From Clostridium sp. 27_14 (GTDB lineage: Bacteria > Bacillota > Clostridia > TANB77 > CAG-508): a DNA stretch of 64,000 nucleotides. The notes under the pieces are model-generated. The model did no database searches. It was not told where the DNA came from and was given only the letters and a program-made list of their open reading frames with translations. The stretch lies in contig MNRQ01000022.1 of assembly GCA_001916035.1 (NCBI GenBank), positions 24,545-88,544 on the forward strand. The letters are read 5' to 3'. This document shows positions 60,283-64,000 of the stretch, piece by piece (the first letter of the stretch is position 1; each line of letters starts with the position of its first letter). The position numbers and the translations under genes were made by a program.

Positions 60283-61152
60283 ATGCAGGGAGTAATAATA
60301 GAAATAGGTTCTAATTTGTACAAAGCAATAAACAAAGAAAATGGGAAAATTTATGAATTAATACCAAGGGGAAAACTAAAAAAGGAAGAAATAACTCCAG
60401 TAGTAGGTGATATGGTAGAATTTAATAATCAAGGGAGTATACAAAGTGTTTTGCCAAGAAATGTGTATATAAAAAGACCTAAATTAGCAAATATAACACA
60501 AATGATATTAGTAGTATCAAGCAAAGATCCCAAACCTGATTTATTACTATTGGATAAGCAAATAGCCTTTGCAGAATTCTTAAATGTTAAAGTTGTAATA
60601 GTATTAAATAAGATTGATTTAGATAAAAAACAACAGATGCAAAAAATTAAAGAAATATATGAGAATATAGGATATAAAGTAATAGAAACACAAGCAAAAG
60701 AAAAGTTTGGAATTGATGAATTATGTTATGTAATAAGTAATAATATAAATGCTTTTTCTGGAAATTCTGGTGTGGGAAAATCAACTTTAATAAATGGGAT
60801 ATTTCAAAAAGAGTTGACTAAAGAAGGAGAAATAAGTCAAAAAAATAAAAGAGGTAAAAATACAACGACAACAATAAAACTATATGAAATAGAAAAAAAT
60901 ACATATATAGCAGATACTCCAGGTTTTGCAACTTTTGAAATTTCTGAGATAGAGTCAAAAGATTTGGAAAAATATTTTATAGAATTTAGACCTTTTATTA
61001 AGGATTGTGAATTTATAGGGTGTACACACATAAAAGAAGAAAATTGTGGAATAAAACAAGCTGTAAAAGAGGGGAAAATATCATTAGATAGATATGAACG
61101 TTTTTGTAAAATTTATGAACAGCTTAAGGAAGGAGAAAAAAGAAAATGGTAG
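60283..61152 (+). CDS. rsgA: Ribosome small-subunit-dependent GTPase A (circularly permuted GTPase)
   Basis: G4-G1-G3 order. GNSGVGKSTLIN. C-terminal zinc-finger CTHIKEENCG. Confidence 0.9.
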   Translation: MQGVIIEIGSNLYKAINKENGKIYELIPRGKLKKEEITPVVGDMVEFNNQGSIQSVLPRNVYIKRPKLANITQMILVVSSKDPKPDLLLLDKQIAFAEFLNVKVVIVLNKIDLDKKQQMQKIKEIYENIGYKVIETQAKEKFGIDELCYVISNNINAFSGNSGVGKSTLINGIFQKELTKEGEISQKNKRGKNTTTTIKLYEIEKNTYIADTPGFATFEISEIESKDLEKYFIEFRPFIKDCEFIGCTHIKEENCGIKQAVKEGKISLDRYERFCKIYEQLKEGEKRKW

Positions 61153-61805
61153 AAGTATCAACATCAATATTGTCTATGCAAAATTCCAAAGAAGCGGAGA
61201 CTTTTTTAGCATTGGAGAAGGCTAAAACGGATTATTTCCATATAGATGTTATGGATGGAAAATTTGTTGAAAAAGACACATATAACAAAATGTTAAGTTA
61301 TGCAGAATATATAAAAAGAATATCAAATTTGCCTTTAGATGTTCATTTAATGGTAAGTAATGTAGAACATGCGATTAATGATTTTGAAGTTGTTGAACCT
61401 AATATAATAACTTTTCATTACGAGGTTTGTAATAATAAAGAAGAAATTATGAAATATATTAATAAGATAAAAGAAATTCATTCTAAAGTCGGTATTAGTG
61501 TTAAACCTGATACTCCAATAGAAAAAGTATATGAGTTTTTGCCTTATATACATGTTTGCCTTGTTATGACAGTTGAGCCTGGAAAAGGTGGACAAACAAT
61601 GCTTTCAGAAATGGTGCAAAAAGTTCAAAAATTAAAACAATATATAGATGAAAATAATTTGGAGGTTGATATTGAAGTAGATGGTGGGATAAATTTAAGA
61701 ACTATGGAAAGTGTAAAATCCGCTGGAGCTAATATTTTGGTTTCAGGGTCTGCTATTTTGAAGGCAAGAGATTATGGTGAAATTATTAAAGATTTGAAAT
61801 CTTAA
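61146..61805 (+). CDS. rpe: Ribulose-phosphate 3-epimerase
   Basis: SILSMQNSKEAE...HIDVMDG...HLMV...MTVEPGKGGQ...DGGIN. Confidence 0.9.
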   Translation: MVEVSTSILSMQNSKEAETFLALEKAKTDYFHIDVMDGKFVEKDTYNKMLSYAEYIKRISNLPLDVHLMVSNVEHAINDFEVVEPNIITFHYEVCNNKEEIMKYINKIKEIHSKVGISVKPDTPIEKVYEFLPYIHVCLVMTVEPGKGGQTMLSEMVQKVQKLKQYIDENNLEVDIEVDGGINLRTMESVKSAGANILVSGSAILKARDYGEIIKDLKS

Positions 61806-61809
61806 AAAA

Positions 61810-62073
61810 GTGGATATTCTTTTTTATAAAAATGGAATGTTTGAACTTGAGAATTTTAATACAAATGATATTCCGGAAATGCAGTTGGATCAAGATATCT
61901 TTAATTTGCTATGTGAAGACGAGACAGCAGAAGAGTTGTCAATAAAAGCAATTAAGCAAATTGTTAGATTGGAGCAGATTTTGCAATGGTTTTCTACCAA
62001 TCAATTAAGTTATGAAATTACGTTTGAAGCAGAAGAAATGCAAAAAGTGTTTGAAAAGATTCATAAAATTTGA
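61810..62073 (+). CDS. Small acidic hypothetical protein
   Basis: ORF only. Confidence 0.3.
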   Translation: MDILFYKNGMFELENFNTNDIPEMQLDQDIFNLLCEDETAEELSIKAIKQIVRLEQILQWFSTNQLSYEITFEAEEMQKVFEKIHKI

Positions 62074-62195
62074 ATTATTAAAAGCTAATTGTACAAAATG
62101 ATAACAAAATAATATAATTAACCAAGCGCTCTTGTATATTTTACAAGAGCGTGAATTTAGTGTAAGAAAATGTATTTTAAATGGTAAAAATTATG

Positions 62196-62224
62196 TTGAC
62201 TTTAATGATGGCGTTTGGTATAAT
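62196..62224 (+). promoter_or_regulatory. Sigma-A promoter for small membrane-peptide gene
   Basis: TTGACT, 17-nt spacer, TATAAT. Leader hairpin tatccaatgtgcgaatgtaaattggata. Confidence 0.5.
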
Positions 62225-62301
62225 AGTTATTGTAAATGTAAATTATGTTATCCAATGTGCGAATGTAAATTGGATAGAGTATTCCTAAGTAGGAGGAGCT
62301 T

Positions 62302-62484
62302 ATGATTAAATTTAAAATTAAGTTAAAAAATTGGTACTTTCATGGAGGAGTAGATAAAGTAGCAGCTTTTTTATTGGGTGTTGCTTTAGGAAAAAAAAGC
62401 TCATTAATAGCAATTATTTCTGTTGCAACTTTGATTCCTTATTATTATAAGGGATATAAAATTTCAAAGTTACTTGATAGATAA
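62302..62484 (+). CDS. Small membrane protein (60 aa, Lys-rich N-terminus + one TM)
   Basis: Strong RBS GTAGGAGGAG. Own promoter and terminator. Confidence 0.4.
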   Translation: MIKFKIKLKNWYFHGGVDKVAAFLLGVALGKKSSLIAIISVATLIPYYYKGYKISKLLDR

Positions 62485-62502
62485 TGTAAGTGCTGAAAAA
62501 GC

Positions 62503-62544
62503 AAAGAACAGTATGAAATTTTTTATACTGTTCTTTGTTTTTTT
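62503..62544 (+). terminator. Intrinsic terminator
   Basis: aaagaacagtat ... atactgttcttt then GTTTTTTT. Confidence 0.7.
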
Positions 62545-62754
62545 GATACGAATGGAATATAATAGGCACATTCTGAGTTAGGAGATAAATTGGTCATAGC
62601 AATAATATGGTAAGAACATTTACCATCTCTTTGATAAATGCAATTGGCAGAACAATTAATATTTGTCAAAAAATCACTTCCTAATTTAAAATATACAAAT
62701 ATTATGTGTAAAATATTAAGTTTTATGCATAAAATAAATTAATGAGCACATAGA

Positions 62755-62790
62755 AAAAAGTTGAAGTTTAAATTTAGTTCAACTTTTTTC
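62755..62790. terminator. Bidirectional terminator downstream of nth
   Basis: aaaaagttgaa gtttaaattt agttcaacttttt. Confidence 0.6.
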
Positions 62791-62832
62791 TAAAAATAGT
62801 ATTATTTGTTTTTTTGATTTTTATGCCAATAA

Positions 62833-63474
62833 TTAAGAATGTTTGGTTTTGTTATAAGATTTGCAATAATTTTTTATTGTACATGATTCACATTTAGGCT
62901 TTCTGGCAATACAAGTATTTCTTCCGTGCCAAACAAATAAGTGATTAACAGAACCAAGATAATCTTTTGGTAATAATTTTAATAAATCTTTTTCTATTTT
63001 TTCAGGGTCTTTTTCTTTAGAAAGTCCAGTTAGATTTGAAATTCTTTTTGCATGTGTGTCAACAGCAATTCCATTAGCAATTCCATAAACTTCTAATAGA
63101 ATAACATTAGCAGATTTTCTGCCAACTCCAGCAAGAGTAAGTAAATCATTCATGTTATTAGGTACAATTCCATTGTATTTGTCTAGGATTTGTTGGGCAC
63201 AAAGTTTTATGTTTTTTGCTTTGTTTTTATAAAACCCACAGGGATGAATAATTTTTTCTAGTTTTTTTATATCTATATTTGCATAATCTTCGATTGTTTT
63301 GCATTGCTTAAATAATTCAGGAGTTGTTTTATTTACTCTTTCGTCTGTACATTGTGCTGATAGCATAACTGCAACAACCATTTCAAAGGGGGTGGTAAAA
63401 TCTAGGCTACATGTTGCATCAGGATATGTTTGGCATAAAATATCAATAATTTTTTTTGCATTTTGTTTTGTCAT
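62833..63474 (-). CDS. nth: Endonuclease III
   Basis: HhH-GPD LLTLAGVGRKSANVILLEV...AVDTH. 4Fe-4S CxxxxxxCxxCxxxxxC at C-terminus. Confidence 0.9.
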   Translation of the reverse strand: MTKQNAKKIIDILCQTYPDATCSLDFTTPFEMVVAVMLSAQCTDERVNKTTPELFKQCKTIEDYANIDIKKLEKIIHPCGFYKNKAKNIKLCAQQILDKYNGIVPNNMNDLLTLAGVGRKSANVILLEVYGIANGIAVDTHAKRISNLTGLSKEKDPEKIEKDLLKLLPKDYLGSVNHLFVWHGRNTCIARKPKCESCTIKNYCKSYNKTKHS

Positions 63475-63759
63475 AAAAATTTCATTCCTTTCTCGTTTGG
63501 CAAAAATATGTATATATCAATAAATTGAAAATATTATTGTATTTGATATTTTTTAGCATGTTCATTTTTTTATTTTCTTTGATTGATGTGTGTTCTATAA
63601 AAATAGTATAATATTTTTTTATAATAGTCAATAGTTTTACATAAATAGGAACAAATAATAAAATTGGGAATAAAATATAATAAAAAAGATTTGCTACAGT
63701 ATGATTGAATAGCATTTAGATAAGTATAAATAATTATTATTTGTGAAGGGAGGAATAGC

Positions 63760-63909
63760 ATGTTTTGTTTATTAAAAAAGACTATTGGTGTGTGTCTGGT
63801 TGGAATAGGATTAGGAATTTTACTAGTGTTATTGCTTCCAATAACAGGGTGGTTATTTATAATAGGAGTAGCATTGGCATGTATAGGCATTATGTGGTTA
63901 GCGTGTTAG
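63760..63909 (+). CDS. Small hydrophobic peptide (49 aa, two TM segments), hypothetical
   Basis: RBS GAAGGGAGGAATAGC-ATG. Manual translation MFCLLKKTIGVCLVGIGLGILLVLLLPITGWLFIIGVALACIGIMWLAC. Confidence 0.25.
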   Translation: MFCLLKKTIGVCLVGIGLGILLVLLLPITGWLFIIGVALACIGIMWLAC

Positions 63910-64000
63910 ATAGATAGGAGGGGGTACATATGACTATTGTAGTTAAAAAAGTTCCAAAATTCTTAAGGGGATTTGTGAAGTTTATTTTTAAAATTAAAGA

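Overview
This is an AT-rich chromosomal segment from a spore-forming Firmicute (Clostridia-like, judged from spoIVA, spoVT, whiA, the stp-prkC-rsgA-rpe cluster and an AAAGGA-type RBS with a recurring extended motif GAAAGGAATGTGATAAAA-ATG). Most of the window is housekeeping:
- It opens with the end of the ribosomal/rpoA operon (rpsK-rpsD-rpoA-rplQ).
- Other core genes include recD2-comFC, rnj, gltX, engB, serS, prmC, whiA, hemW, rlmN, spoIVA, pth, rng, rimO, trpS, obg, deoD, rsgA, rpe and nth.
- Metabolic and transport modules include TetR-FadD and TetR-MMPL-YhgE/Pip.

Between these sit several accessory or unusual loci:
1. A stand-alone KAP-family P-loop NTPase bracketed by copies of a structured, GC-rich-stem repeat family (MITE-like; 7 copies in 64 kb).
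2. A compact locus with convergent promoters, a shared bidirectional terminator, a 40-bp direct repeat and two paralogous tiny cationic peptide ORFs. It has the architecture of a par/Fst-like type I toxin-antitoxin system.
3. A pair of paralogous ~300-aa radical SAM enzymes (CNGKCxFC core). They are driven by a consensus sigma-A promoter, lie divergent from an NrtR-like Nudix/wHTH regulator, and abut the 3' end of a tRNA-Met gene and a MITE copy.
4. A second MITE-like family with terminal inverted repeats that seems to supply the last codons of two membrane protein genes.

Two single-nucleotide frameshifts break prkC and a DUF421 gene; each is either an authentic pseudogene or an assembly error. 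No CRISPR array, integrase, transposase or prophage was seen.
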